Below are positions 1-9,042 of a DNA stretch of 64,000 nucleotides, one piece after another. Both the position numbers and the translations under genes were made by a program. The stretch is taken from positions 6,512-70,511 of the IMG/VR virus record IMGVR_UViG_3300036790_000211; one strand, written 5' to 3'. This stretch comes from a virus. Within the stretch, counting starts at the first letter, position 1. Every line of letters starts with the position of its first letter. The notes beneath the pieces are model-generated. The model had not been told where the DNA came from. It saw only the letters and a list, made by a program, of their open reading frames with translations, and did no database searches.

Positions 1-1205
1 CCCAGGCCGCGGGCTACCGGACGGTGCGGAAGCGCCCGGCCATCTCGATCAAGGCGCTGGTCGCCGCGTGGCCGACCATCACCGAGCCCAAGGAAGCCAG
101 GGACGCAGGGATCGATCCGCTGATCGGCTCCAAGCTCACCGTGCGAGAGGAGACGGACAAGTACGGCGTGCTCAGCGTCCAGCTGCGCGGCGGCATGACC
201 ATCCAGAAGGTCGGACCCTGCATCCCCTCGCTGGAGTCGGTGTTCGACGCGGCGATGGGGGAGGGTGGCGCCGGCGTCGCGCCCGCCGCCATCACCGTCA
301 TGAAGGACCAGGGCCGGGCCTCGCGCCTGGTGCTCCGGGTGCTCAAGGAGGATCCGCTGTCGGTCGTGCCCGAGTTCCCGGAGGACCAGCTGATCACCGA
401 CATCTCCCAAGCGATGCCGATCGGCATCCGCGAGGACGGCAGCGTGGTCAAGCTGCGGCTGCACCCGAAGATGGGGGAGAGCAAGGGCATCCTCATCGGG
501 GGGCGGAAGGGGTCCGGCAAGTCGACCGGGGTCCACGTCCTGATGACCCACGTCTCCAACTGCGAGAACGCATGCCCGATCGGCGCCGACCTGATGCACG
601 GCAAGGAGTTCAACCTCTGGAAGCGCAGCTTCCACCAGGTCGCCACCGAGAGGGGAGAGGCCGCGGCCATGCTGTCGGGGATACTCGAGGTCGTCGACGA
701 GCGCGGCCGGGAGCTGGCCCGCCGTGGCATCCAGTCCTGGAAGCCGACGCCGGAAGAGCCTGCGCTGGTCTTCTTCATCGACGAGCTCGCGGACCTCTCC
801 GAGTGGATGGGCCAGGTCTTCGAGATCTGCCGGAAGTGCCGCGCCGTGGCCGTGATCCCGATCCTCGCCACGCAGCGCCCGACCGCCTCCGCGCTCGGTG
901 ACGGCGGTACGGACATGCGGGCGCAGCTGGACACGGTCATCGGCCTGCGCGCCCGCGTCGACGACACCAGCGTGATCTTCGGGCCCGGCTCCATCAATGA
1001 GGGCTGGGGGCTCGACAAGCTCGGCGGACCGGGCAGCTTCAAGATCCGTTCGGACGACGACGACCTGCCGTACCGCGCCCGCTTCTGGAATCACTCGCCG
1101 GCGGCGATACGCCGGGCAGCGGCCAGGGCCAGGCGCCCGAACATCGACCAGCTCACGCACGAGGCATACGAGAGGGGATGGCTGAGAGGCGATCGCGTCA
1201 ACTGA
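1..1205 (+). CDS. FtsK/SpoIIIE (TraB-like) ATPase, 5'-truncated
   Basis: Walker A GGRKGSGKS, Walker B LVFFIDELAD, ILATQRP motif; frame is open to the window edge. Confidence 0.85.
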   Translation, partial: QAAGYRTVRKRPAISIKALVAAWPTITEPKEARDAGIDPLIGSKLTVREETDKYGVLSVQLRGGMTIQKVGPCIPSLESVFDAAMGEGGAGVAPAAITVMKDQGRASRLVLRVLKEDPLSVVPEFPEDQLITDISQAMPIGIREDGSVVKLRLHPKMGESKGILIGGRKGSGKSTGVHVLMTHVSNCENACPIGADLMHGKEFNLWKRSFHQVATERGEAAAMLSGILEVVDERGRELARRGIQSWKPTPEEPALVFFIDELADLSEWMGQVFEICRKCRAVAVIPILATQRPTASALGDGGTDMRAQLDTVIGLRARVDDTSVIFGPGSINEGWGLDKLGGPGSFKIRSDDDDLPYRARFWNHSPAAIRRAAARARRPNIDQLTHEAYERGWLRGDRVN

Positions 1206-1528
1206 GTCCTGATCTGGCTTCCGCGCTGCGGCAGGCACGGTATCGATCGGGCCTGTCGCAGCGTGTGCTTGCCCACAGGGCGGGGGTGTCACACGGACTC
1301 GTGGCGATGCTGGAGCTTGGTCTCCGCTCGCCTTCGACGGGGACCATCGGGCGGCTCTCGATCGCCCTGGTCCTCGACCGCGAGGTGCATCGGCAGCTGG
1401 TGCGCCACGCGACACCGAATCGGGCGCGTCGTGCTCGCCGGCGCCTGTCGAATCAACTCCGCTGGAGGACCAAGGTGGCCGCGCGGTCGGCACCGAGGAT
1501 CATCCGCGCATTCAAGAGAGGTCACTGA
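1178..1528 (+). CDS. XRE-family HTH protein
   Basis: LRQARYRSGLSQRVLAHRAGVSHGLVAMLELGLRSPS is a canonical XRE HTH. Confidence 0.8.
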   Translation: MAERRSRQLSPDLASALRQARYRSGLSQRVLAHRAGVSHGLVAMLELGLRSPSTGTIGRLSIALVLDREVHRQLVRHATPNRARRARRRLSNQLRWRTKVAARSAPRIIRAFKRGH

Positions 1529-1737
1529 TGCCCGACAAATTCTGGGAGTTCAAGGAAGGGGACGACTACCGCGTCAAGTTCCGGTGCAGGGACATCGGCT
1601 ACGGGGTCGAACTGGGAAACGGAGTGCTCACCTACGACGGAAGGGATGGGAACAAGCATGCCTTCACGGTCGCCGGAGGAGACGAGCACCTCTACCTCTT
1701 CGACGACGAGATCCGGTCGGCCGGGAAGGTTCAGTGA
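1528..1737 (+). CDS. hypothetical protein
   Basis: TGATG coupling on both sides, GC-rich third positions. Confidence 0.7.
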   Translation: MPDKFWEFKEGDDYRVKFRCRDIGYGVELGNGVLTYDGRDGNKHAFTVAGGDEHLYLFDDEIRSAGKVQ

Positions 1738-2393
1738 TGAACGTAGAGACGGCGCGCGAAGTGCTGGGCGTTTCTCCCGGCGCCGAGAGGGAGGCGATCG
1801 ACGGAGCCTATCGGGCCCTGAGTCGGAAGTACCACCCGGACATCGCAGGGCCGGACGGTGAGGCTCGCATGAAGGAGATCACCGAGGCCAAGGCCGTCCT
1901 TGAGAAGCGCCCTGCGCCGGGCTACACGGTGCGCGAGCCACGTGCTGCCCGCCGCCCGGCCCCGCCCCGCCATGTGGGGCTCTCTGAGAGCGTCCCAGCG
2001 GTCGCCGTGGCACGGGATGGCGTTCGGAGTCTCGCGGTCGGTGATGGCCGCCCAGCGGTCGCTCTGGGCGTCTTGGTGGGGCTGATGGCGTTGATGCTCA
2101 CTCACGCGGCCCCGCTGTCGACGGCGCTGCTCCTCGCCTACGTGCCCGCCTCGTTCCCGACCGGCATGCGCGTCTGGGTGGCGGCCGGATCATGGACGGC
2201 TGGGGCCAAGCTCTGCCCGACTTGTGGTCGTCCTCTCGGCGAGATCGCGAGCGAGGGCCTGGTGTCGATGATGTTCCTCACGCTGATCATCGGACTGATC
2301 GGTGCGGTGGGGTGCCCCTTCGAGACGGGATGGGTCATCGGAGAAGTAGCAGCTCGGCGGGTCGCGCCGAGGATCCCGTGGATCAGGGGTTGA
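1737..2393 (+). CDS. J-domain (DnaJ-like) membrane protein
   Basis: AREVLGV...AYRALSRKYHPD J-domain, then hydrophobic segments and CPTC; ATG at 1737 overlaps the upstream stop. Confidence 0.8.
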   Translation: MNVETAREVLGVSPGAEREAIDGAYRALSRKYHPDIAGPDGEARMKEITEAKAVLEKRPAPGYTVREPRAARRPAPPRHVGLSESVPAVAVARDGVRSLAVGDGRPAVALGVLVGLMALMLTHAAPLSTALLLAYVPASFPTGMRVWVAAGSWTAGAKLCPTCGRPLGEIASEGLVSMMFLTLIIGLIGAVGCPFETGWVIGEVAARRVAPRIPWIRG

Positions 2394-3234
2394 GCCAGGC
2401 CCCAGGGACCGTGCGGTCGGTGCTGCGCGGCTTGGGAGTCGGCGTCGGCTTGGGAGTCGGCGTCGACGTCGGCGTGGCGACAGGGGTGGGAGCGGGGTTG
2501 GACGATTGAACGACAGGCTGAGGGACGACAGGCATCGGAGTGACCTGGGCAACCGCGTTGCCCAGGGCGGCCTTCGGGGTCGGGGTGGGTCCGGGAGTCG
2601 GGAGCAGGGTGACGATAGCTCCGTACCCGCCGCCAAACTCCTTCGACGAAGCCTGACCTTTCGGGGTCGGCGTCGGCTGCCCGGGGAGGGACAGGTGCCC
2701 CTGCTCGGCCAGCTGGAGGACCGGCTGTCGCATGGCGAGGAACATGGTTGCCACTGCTCCCGCCACGATCAGGATGCCGACGACTTGCCGAGTCGCGATG
2801 GAGCTTCGGACGGTGGCGATCCTCGCCTCGAGCCATGGGATGCTGTGCAGGTTGCGGTAGAGCTTCCTCAGCTTCCCTGTCTCGGCGATGGTCACCGTGT
2901 CGACCAGATCGGCCAGGCTGTAGCCGATGCAGATCTCGGACACGGCGTTGAGCACGCGGCCGCGGACGGGTCCCTGCAGGGACTCCCAGCGGACTACCGC
3001 GGCCTCGTCGATCGGCTCAATGTCGCCGGCGGCGATGAGGTCGGCGAAGCGTGCGGCGAGGAGCCCCGCGAGTTCAACGCGGGTCAGATTGGCGCGGGTG
3101 CGGAACTTGTAGACGGTGCTGGCGCAGGCCGCACGGTCGCGATGCTCTGCGGTCGCGCTGCCCACGGGAAGCGCCACCACATCTCCCCTGTCCTCACCCC
3201 TCTCGCCAGAAGGCGAGACCAACGTCGGACGCAT
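2383..3234 (-). CDS. HTH + transmembrane + Pro/Thr-rich protein
   Basis: XRE-like N-terminus (RTRANLTRVELA...VRWES), TM VVGILIVAGAVATMFLAM, PTPT tail. Confidence 0.65.
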   Translation of the reverse strand: MRPTLVSPSGERGEDRGDVVALPVGSATAEHRDRAACASTVYKFRTRANLTRVELAGLLAARFADLIAAGDIEPIDEAAVVRWESLQGPVRGRVLNAVSEICIGYSLADLVDTVTIAETGKLRKLYRNLHSIPWLEARIATVRSSIATRQVVGILIVAGAVATMFLAMRQPVLQLAEQGHLSLPGQPTPTPKGQASSKEFGGGYGAIVTLLPTPGPTPTPKAALGNAVAQVTPMPVVPQPVVQSSNPAPTPVATPTSTPTPKPTPTPKPRSTDRTVPGAWLNP

Positions 3235-3683
3235 CAGACTGCGGCTTGCACCTCCGAGTCTCCGTCGTCGAACGCTCCGATTTCCTCAAGCCTCCGCATT
3301 TGCGTGTCAAGTGTACGGATTGCTGCGGCTGCTTGTGGTTTGAAAAGACCCGCCAGGTCGACCAGCGCGGCGGCCTCGGCGCGGAGGGAGTCGGGGTCGT
3401 CGTCGAAGCGCTGGAGGGCGCGCCCGGCCAGTTCGCCGGGGGACGCCGCGGCCTGGGCGATGGCGCACATGAGAGCGGGAGCCGGCACGGCCGTCTTGCC
3501 CAGGCGCCAGTCGAGGATGGTGCTCCGGGAGACGGGGTTGGGCCGCTGCAGGGCGCGAGACAGGATGCGTGCGAGCTCCGCCTGCGAGTGCGGGTACGCG
3601 CTCACTGCCTCGTCGAAGAGCGAGGCCAGGAAGCGCCAGTACGGTGAGCCCCCTTGGGCCGTGTCCATATGTTCCGGAATCAA
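3234..3683 (-). CDS. putative HTH repressor
   Basis: SQAELARILS...VSRSTILDWRLGKT; divergent from 3884..4174. Confidence 0.65.
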   Translation of the reverse strand: MIPEHMDTAQGGSPYWRFLASLFDEAVSAYPHSQAELARILSRALQRPNPVSRSTILDWRLGKTAVPAPALMCAIAQAAASPGELAGRALQRFDDDPDSLRAEAAALVDLAGLFKPQAAAAIRTLDTQMRRLEEIGAFDDGDSEVQAAV

Positions 3684-3883
3684 CCTCGAACTCCTCTGCC
3701 TCTTGCCGACTATCCACTACCCCGATCCGAGGTATGTGCCCCTGGCGGACACCTCCGATCTTCCGTTGTTCGGATGTCGCCTGGCGGTTATGATACTGTC
3801 CGGTTGGCGCTACAAACGGGGTAGCCACCACCCGGGGCGCTGTATACCACCAGTCGCACACCTGAGGAGCAAGCATAGGGCCG

Positions 3884-4174
3884 ATGAAGGGGCAGGATGC
3901 GTCAACGATCTGGATCTACGGCGTGGAGTACGCCATCGATCTGCCCCGGATTCGGGACCTCCTCGGCCGGCGCTCGCTAGAGCTGAACGTGGACAGCCTG
4001 ACGGCCATGGCGCCGAAGATCGGCATCTCCAGGCAGACTCTCTCCAAGGTCGTCAACGGCGGGTGGGTGCCAGGCAAGAACCGCGGCGCGGTGCTGACGA
4101 GGCTCGTTCACTTCCTCGGCATCAGCTGGGACGAAGTGCTCTCCCCTGCGAACGAGAGCGCAGCCGCCGCGTAA
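3884..4174 (+). CDS. Cro-like HTH protein
   Basis: SLTAMAPKIGISRQTLSKVVNG. Confidence 0.7.
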   Translation: MKGQDASTIWIYGVEYAIDLPRIRDLLGRRSLELNVDSLTAMAPKIGISRQTLSKVVNGGWVPGKNRGAVLTRLVHFLGISWDEVLSPANESAAAA

Positions 4175-4223
4175 ATCAGGTGCGAAATAGGTTGCTTTCG
4201 GGCCACACCTACTATCACATTTG

Positions 4224-4240
4224 TGGTAGAATGGTTACCA
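4224..4240 (+). promoter_or_regulatory. extended -10 promoter (TGgTAGAAT-GGTTACCA)
   Basis: TAGAAT at 4227-4232; near-identical 14-mer at 7642-7655 (-) and 57507-57520 (+). Confidence 0.6.
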
Positions 4241-4286
4241 GTGAGAGCGGACGGGCCGCTGGCGGGAGGAGGAGGCAAAAAAAGAA

Positions 4287-4367
4287 CGGCGGGTAGTCCC
4301 CCTTCGGGGAGTCGCCAGGGAGTGCCACCTCACCCAACGACCTACCCAGCCGCACACATGTGAGTCA
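4287..4367 (+). ncRNA. candidate structured leader: three-way junction with UGCCAC loop, plus GUGAGUCA box
   Basis: Pairings 4287-4290/4349-4352, 4291-4296/4342-4347, hairpin 4297-4310, 4311-4314/4338-4341, 4320-4322/4329-4331; loop 4323-4328; box 4360-4367. Confidence 0.5.
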
Positions 4368-4460
4368 GGAGAGAGCACCGTGGTGCGCTCGCCTAGGTGG
4401 CCGAGTCTACCACCCGGCAGGTAATCCCTGTCAATCGATGGTTAATCGGCCAAGTTCCCC

Positions 4461-4489
4461 CCCGGTGCCACCCGGGATGTGAGCAGGAG
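4461..4489 (+). promoter_or_regulatory. UGCCAC-loop hairpin element upstream of bet
   Basis: CCCGG-TGCCAC-CCGGG, then ATGTGAGCAGGAG. Confidence 0.7.
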
Positions 4490-4495
4490 AAGCAG

Positions 4496-5593
4496 ATGTC
4501 GGACACAGCGCTATCCATTCGAACGGAGCCCCAGAAGGCGCGCCTCGCCACCAGGGCCGACCTGTCCTGGACCGAGGAACAGCTCCAGATCATCAAGGAC
4601 ACCTTCGCCGGACAGAAGCTGACCAACCAGGAGTTCGGCGTCTTCATCGAGTACGCGCGGGCGATGCGCCTCGATCCTCTGGCGAAAGAGGTCTACGCCA
4701 CCAAGCGGGACGGCAAGCTGACCTTCCAGACCAGCATCGACGCCTTTCGCCGCAAGGCGCAGGAGACGGGCGAGTACGGGGGGAAGGTCTCGGAGCAGTG
4801 GTGCGGAATAGACGGCGTCTGGAAGGACGTTTGGCTTTCCGACCAGCCTCCGGCCGCCGCCCGAGTGGCGGTCATGCGGCACGGCCACCTGGGCCCGACT
4901 GTGGCCGTGGCCCGCTACAAGTCCTACGTTCAGATGACCAACGACAACGGCCAGAGCCGCCCCAACTTCATGTGGCACAAGATGGCCGACAACCAGCTCG
5001 CCAAGTGCGCCGAGGCCAAGGCTCTGCGCCAGGCGTTCCCCGAGCGGTTCGCCAGCCTCTACATCGACGACGAGATGGACCAGGCCGACAACCCGCCGGC
5101 TCCGCAGCAGGGCGGGCAGCAGCTGCAAGGACCGGGCGACTGGCACCAGCGCAACCAGCAGCAGCAGGCGTCGACCCCGAACGTGTCGTCCGCCGCGAGC
5201 GCACCGTCGCCCTTCAACCAGCAGCAGGTCCAGTCCGTTCCGGCCGACGCGAAGCCGGTCGACCAGGCCCCGGCCCCGGCTCCCCCGGCGGACCCGGCCC
5301 CGGTCCCGGCCCCGGTCCCGGCCCCGGACGGCGTGGTGCCCGGCAGCGATCAGCGCCTGGCGCTGGTCAGTGCGGTGTCGGACCTGGCGAAGCACGTCGC
5401 CACTGAGGGCGGCGCGGCCAAGCTCACGGGCTGGGCGCGAGACAACATCCTCGACCCCGCCGTCAACAACATGAGCGTCGTCGAGCCACTGGCGCTGCGC
5501 TGCGAGAACGAGCACGGCCCCGACTGCGCTGAGGGCACCAGGCTCGCCGCCGCCATCCACAAGGCGATGGGGCCTGCCGAGGCGGCCGCGTGA
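4496..5593 (+). CDS. bet: phage ssDNA-annealing recombinase Bet/RecT
   Basis: LDPLAKEVY...TSIDAFRRKAQETGEYGG...QLAKCAEAKALRQAFPE; AGGAG before ATG 4496. Confidence 0.9.
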   Translation: MSDTALSIRTEPQKARLATRADLSWTEEQLQIIKDTFAGQKLTNQEFGVFIEYARAMRLDPLAKEVYATKRDGKLTFQTSIDAFRRKAQETGEYGGKVSEQWCGIDGVWKDVWLSDQPPAAARVAVMRHGHLGPTVAVARYKSYVQMTNDNGQSRPNFMWHKMADNQLAKCAEAKALRQAFPERFASLYIDDEMDQADNPPAPQQGGQQLQGPGDWHQRNQQQQASTPNVSSAASAPSPFNQQQVQSVPADAKPVDQAPAPAPPADPAPVPAPVPAPDGVVPGSDQRLALVSAVSDLAKHVATEGGAAKLTGWARDNILDPAVNNMSVVEPLALRCENEHGPDCAEGTRLAAAIHKAMGPAEAAA

Positions 5594-6942
5594 CACAGAC
5601 CCTTGAACCCGCCGCCGCGGGAGCTTCTTCGAACGCTGAGAGTGGCATGGGAACGGAGGGGGCGGCGGCCCCCTCCCGCCCCGACGTCTGGGTCTGCCCA
5701 GGCTGCGGGCTCCCCCACCAGACGCACACCATGCACGGCCTCGACGCGGCCAACGATCACTGGCAGTTCTGCTCGAAGCCGACCGAGGACATGATCAAGA
5801 GGCGCGAGCGGCGCGGCCTCGACGAGAGGATCGTTCCGATCTCTCCGACCGCGCTGGACGTCTTCGACATGTGCCCTCGCCAGTCCTGGGCGAAGTCGCA
5901 CATGATCCAGCGCACGGCGTCGGGTAACGCGGCGAAGCTGGGCACGGCGCTCCACGCGTACGCGGAGACGGGGGTGGTCGACTTCCTGGCCGACCTCCCG
6001 GCCGAGGAGCTGGAGGAGTACTTCGAGTTCCTGCCGGCGGTGGACGCACTGAAGGCCGCAAGCCCCTTCGAAAAGGAGCCTGACCACATCGAGTACGAGA
6101 GCGTGGTCAACGTCGAGTACCCCCTCTCGGACGGGCGCATCGGCCAGCTTCAGATGAAGATCGACCGCGTCTCCTTCTTCGGGACGGCCGCCGTCATCGA
6201 CGACTGGAAGTCAGGACGGTTGGTGCCCGAGAACGCCACGCAGATGCAGGCCAAGAGCAACCAGAGCCGGTGCTATCCGGTCGCGGTCCTGCGCACGTGG
6301 CCGTGGGTCACGCACGTGGTGTTCCGCATCGGCGTGGTGCGGGAGAAGAAGGTCATCACCTCGCCGTGGTGGAGTGCCGACCAGGTTCGAGACATGGACG
6401 CGCTGATCGGCAAGAAGGTGGAGCGCTACGCGGCCGAGACGGAGTGGCGAGCGACGCCCGGGCCGCACTGCTCGAACATGTGCGACTTCGTGAAGCGGTG
6501 CCGAGGAGCGCACGACCTCCTCGACGGCTGGCAGCTGGTGACGGTGCTGGTTCCGGCGGACCTCAGCGTCAAGGAGAACCTGGTCAAGGCGGTGCAGGCA
6601 TACGAGCTTGTCCAGGCTCAGCAGGAGTCGCTTCACAAGGCGATCAAGGAACGCGCCCTGACGAAGAACACCGGACCGGTGGGCCTGCCTGACGGGCGCG
6701 TGTGGGGCTGGGGGTCCGAGCCCAAGACCGAGATGCTCGACCCGCGGCGGTTCCTCGAGGAGGTGCTGCCGCAGCACGTGAAGGGGGATGAGAGCCCCTA
6801 CAAGTACGTCACCTTCAACCGCAAGGCGGCCGCGGTGAAGAGAGCAGAGGAGGCAGCGCCGGAAGGGGTCGTCAAGAAGGACAGCTATGGAGCCTGCAAG
6901 GCGCGGGATCCGCAGAAGCAAAAGTCAGAGGAGGCAGCGTGA
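5590..6942 (+). CDS. PD-(D/E)XK (RecB-like) exonuclease
   Basis: SPTALDVFDMCPR, GTALH, KIDRV..IDDWKSG, C-terminal Cys cluster; coupled to bet. Confidence 0.85.
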   Translation: MTQTLEPAAAGASSNAESGMGTEGAAAPSRPDVWVCPGCGLPHQTHTMHGLDAANDHWQFCSKPTEDMIKRRERRGLDERIVPISPTALDVFDMCPRQSWAKSHMIQRTASGNAAKLGTALHAYAETGVVDFLADLPAEELEEYFEFLPAVDALKAASPFEKEPDHIEYESVVNVEYPLSDGRIGQLQMKIDRVSFFGTAAVIDDWKSGRLVPENATQMQAKSNQSRCYPVAVLRTWPWVTHVVFRIGVVREKKVITSPWWSADQVRDMDALIGKKVERYAAETEWRATPGPHCSNMCDFVKRCRGAHDLLDGWQLVTVLVPADLSVKENLVKAVQAYELVQAQQESLHKAIKERALTKNTGPVGLPDGRVWGWGSEPKTEMLDPRRFLEEVLPQHVKGDESPYKYVTFNRKAAAVKRAEEAAPEGVVKKDSYGACKARDPQKQKSEEAA

Positions 6943-7283
6943 TGGGTAGCAGCATCACCGCGTTCGACGTCGACCCGGACCGGAAGCGGAGGGTCGAGGC
7001 GATCATCCGCTGGAGCAACATGCGCCGTGGAGGCCACTGGATCAAGGCCGACTGGGTAGACGCCGTGGTCGGTCTGAGGATCGACACCAAGGACCTGTTC
7101 CGCGAGATGGACAGGGCCTGGCGCTTCCCGAACCAGATCTACGCGCCGTCGCTCCTGCTCATCCGCCTGCAGGACCGGGAGTGCGCGATCTTCAAGGGAG
7201 ACACGCGGACCTACCGGCCTCGACACGGACTCGTCAAGGCCGGTCAGTTCGATCCGTCCGCGTTCGTGGCGGCGAGGGCGTGA
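6939..7283 (+). CDS. hypothetical protein
   Basis: Translational coupling, codon bias. Confidence 0.6.
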   Translation: MMGSSITAFDVDPDRKRRVEAIIRWSNMRRGGHWIKADWVDAVVGLRIDTKDLFREMDRAWRFPNQIYAPSLLLIRLQDRECAIFKGDTRTYRPRHGLVKAGQFDPSAFVAARA

Positions 7284-7639
7284 CTCTCCACGCCGAGGAA
7301 TGCGTCGAGGTCCTGGGCGGTGATGCGTCGCATCTCCGTCTTGCCGCCGGCGGCGGAGGGGTTGAGAGACACGCAGCGCAGGAGCCCGTCGTTGATCAGC
7401 TTGTTGACGTGGCGGGGCGAGCAGCCGAGGCGGATCGCCAGGTCCTCGACGCGGTAGAGGTCGAGGTTCAGCTTGCCGAGCAGTTCGAGGTCGATGGTGG
7501 CCGCGTAGTCGGGCTTGAGGAGGCGCAGGACGGACACGTGAGAGACGCCCATGCGGTTGCCGATCTCCCGGGTGCTCAGGCCCTGGTCGCGCAGCGCGCG
7601 CGCCTGCTCTCGTCGTAGCTCAGTCTCAGGCTTGGTCAT
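7244..7639 (-). CDS. tandem HTH protein (Hin-like HTH + excisionase-like HTH)
   Basis: GLSTREIGNRMGVSHVSVLRLL and YRVEDLAIRLGCSPRHVNKLINDGLL...RITAQDLDAFL. Confidence 0.75.
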   Translation of the reverse strand: MTKPETELRREQARALRDQGLSTREIGNRMGVSHVSVLRLLKPDYAATIDLELLGKLNLDLYRVEDLAIRLGCSPRHVNKLINDGLLRCVSLNPSAAGGKTEMRRITAQDLDAFLGVESHALAATNADGSN

Positions 7640-7641
7640 GA

Positions 7642-7659
7642 TGGTACCCATTCTAACAC
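7642..7659 (-). promoter_or_regulatory. extended -10 promoter, near-leaderless
   Basis: Minus strand TGTGTTAGAATGGGTACCA-TC-ATG. Confidence 0.6.
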
Positions 7660-7677
7660 ACGTAGGAGATGCGGTCG

Positions 7678-9042
7678 GTGCCTGACGTTCAACCACGGCT
7701 TATGCCACAGGACCTCGAAGCCGAGGCATGCGTGCTCGGAGCCCTACTGCTCGACCAGGGCGCGATCGCCAAGGTCTATGACGTACTCGACCCTGACGGG
7801 GCCGACTTCTACCGCACCAACAACGGCCAGATCTACAAGGCCGCGATGAACCTGTTCCGCGATCAGAGTCCGATCGACAACATCACCCTGGCGGCGGAGC
7901 TGGAGAAGATGGGCATCTTGGAGCAGGTGGGTGGGCGCGCCAACCTTGCCATGCTCCAGGAGGCCACCCCGACCGCGGCCAACGTCCAGCACTACGCCGA
8001 GCGGGTCAAGGAGAAGGCCGGTAAGCGCAGCGTGATCGCCGCTGGCACTGCGGTGGTGGAAAAGGGCTTTGACGACTCTGTGACTGCCCGAGAGGCCGCC
8101 ACGGAGGGCATGAAGCCACTGCTCACCGTCGTGCAGGAGGAGCGCCGCAAGGGGCTGGTCCGAGTGGGTGACCATCTCGGCGAGCTGCTCGAGGAGATCA
8201 AGGCGCGCAAGGGGGGGCAGCTTCCGGGGTTGTCGACCGGCTTCTACGACCTCGACCGGGTGACGGCCGGCCTGCGCCCCGGCGAACTCGTCGTGATAGG
8301 CGGCCGTCCGTCGATGGGGAAGACCTCACTTGGTATGCAGTTGGGGGTCACGGCTGCGGCGGACGACCACAAGGTCGCCGTGTTCAGCCTGGAGATGACT
8401 CAGATGCAGGTGGAGGAGCGGGCGCTCTGCACGATGGCGCACGTCGACTCCTACCGGCTGTCTCGCGGGATGTGCGGCTTCGATGAGCTGGCGAAGATCG
8501 AAGCGGCGATGCTCGACTTCGCCAAGTACGAGCTCTACATCGACGACTCCAGCACGCAGCGCACGATCGACCTCATCGCGCAGATGCAGTCGCAGCAGGC
8601 GGCATCGCCGGTGTCGCTGATGATCGTCGACTACCTGACCCTCGTCGACGGGACCCGCAACCGCGACAACCGCGTGGTCGAGGTGGGGGAGGTGAGCCGG
8701 GCGCTCAAGGCGCTGGCGAAGGACCTCGCAATCCCGGTCGTCGTCATCGCCCAGCTGTCGCGGGCACCGGAAGGGCGAGAGGACAAGCGACCGATCCTCT
8801 CCGACCTCAGAGAGTCCGGAAACATCGAGCAAGACGCCGATCAGGTCTGGTTCCTCTACCGCGACGAGTATTACAAGAAGGAGAAGACCGCGGCCGAAGA
8901 TCGAGGCATCGCGGAGGTGATCGTCGCCAAGAACCGCAACGGCGCGGTGGGCACGGTGAAGCTCCGGTGGGACCCGACCTACACGGAGTTCCAGAGCCTG
9001 GAGAGTCGCCAGCACGCTGGCACGGGAGGGCCCCAATACTGA
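7678..9042 (+). CDS. dnaB: replicative DNA helicase
   Basis: PQDLEAEACVLG, GGRPSMGKT, IVDYLTL, SDLRESGNIEQDAD, AKNRNG. Confidence 0.97.
   Translation: MPDVQPRLMPQDLEAEACVLGALLLDQGAIAKVYDVLDPDGADFYRTNNGQIYKAAMNLFRDQSPIDNITLAAELEKMGILEQVGGRANLAMLQEATPTAANVQHYAERVKEKAGKRSVIAAGTAVVEKGFDDSVTAREAATEGMKPLLTVVQEERRKGLVRVGDHLGELLEEIKARKGGQLPGLSTGFYDLDRVTAGLRPGELVVIGGRPSMGKTSLGMQLGVTAAADDHKVAVFSLEMTQMQVEERALCTMAHVDSYRLSRGMCGFDELAKIEAAMLDFAKYELYIDDSSTQRTIDLIAQMQSQQAASPVSLMIVDYLTLVDGTRNRDNRVVEVGEVSRALKALAKDLAIPVVVIAQLSRAPEGREDKRPILSDLRESGNIEQDADQVWFLYRDEYYKKEKTAAEDRGIAEVIVAKNRNGAVGTVKLRWDPTYTEFQSLESRQHAGTGGPQY

Noticed and set aside
5268-5326. CCGGCCCCGG-type tandem repeats (also 2429-2470)
   Set aside because: They encode Pro/Ala/Thr linkers; no spacers, so not CRISPR or iterons.
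5590-6942. Cas4-like nuclease as a sign of a CRISPR system
   Set aside because: No array or other cas genes; position next to bet fits a recombination exonuclease.
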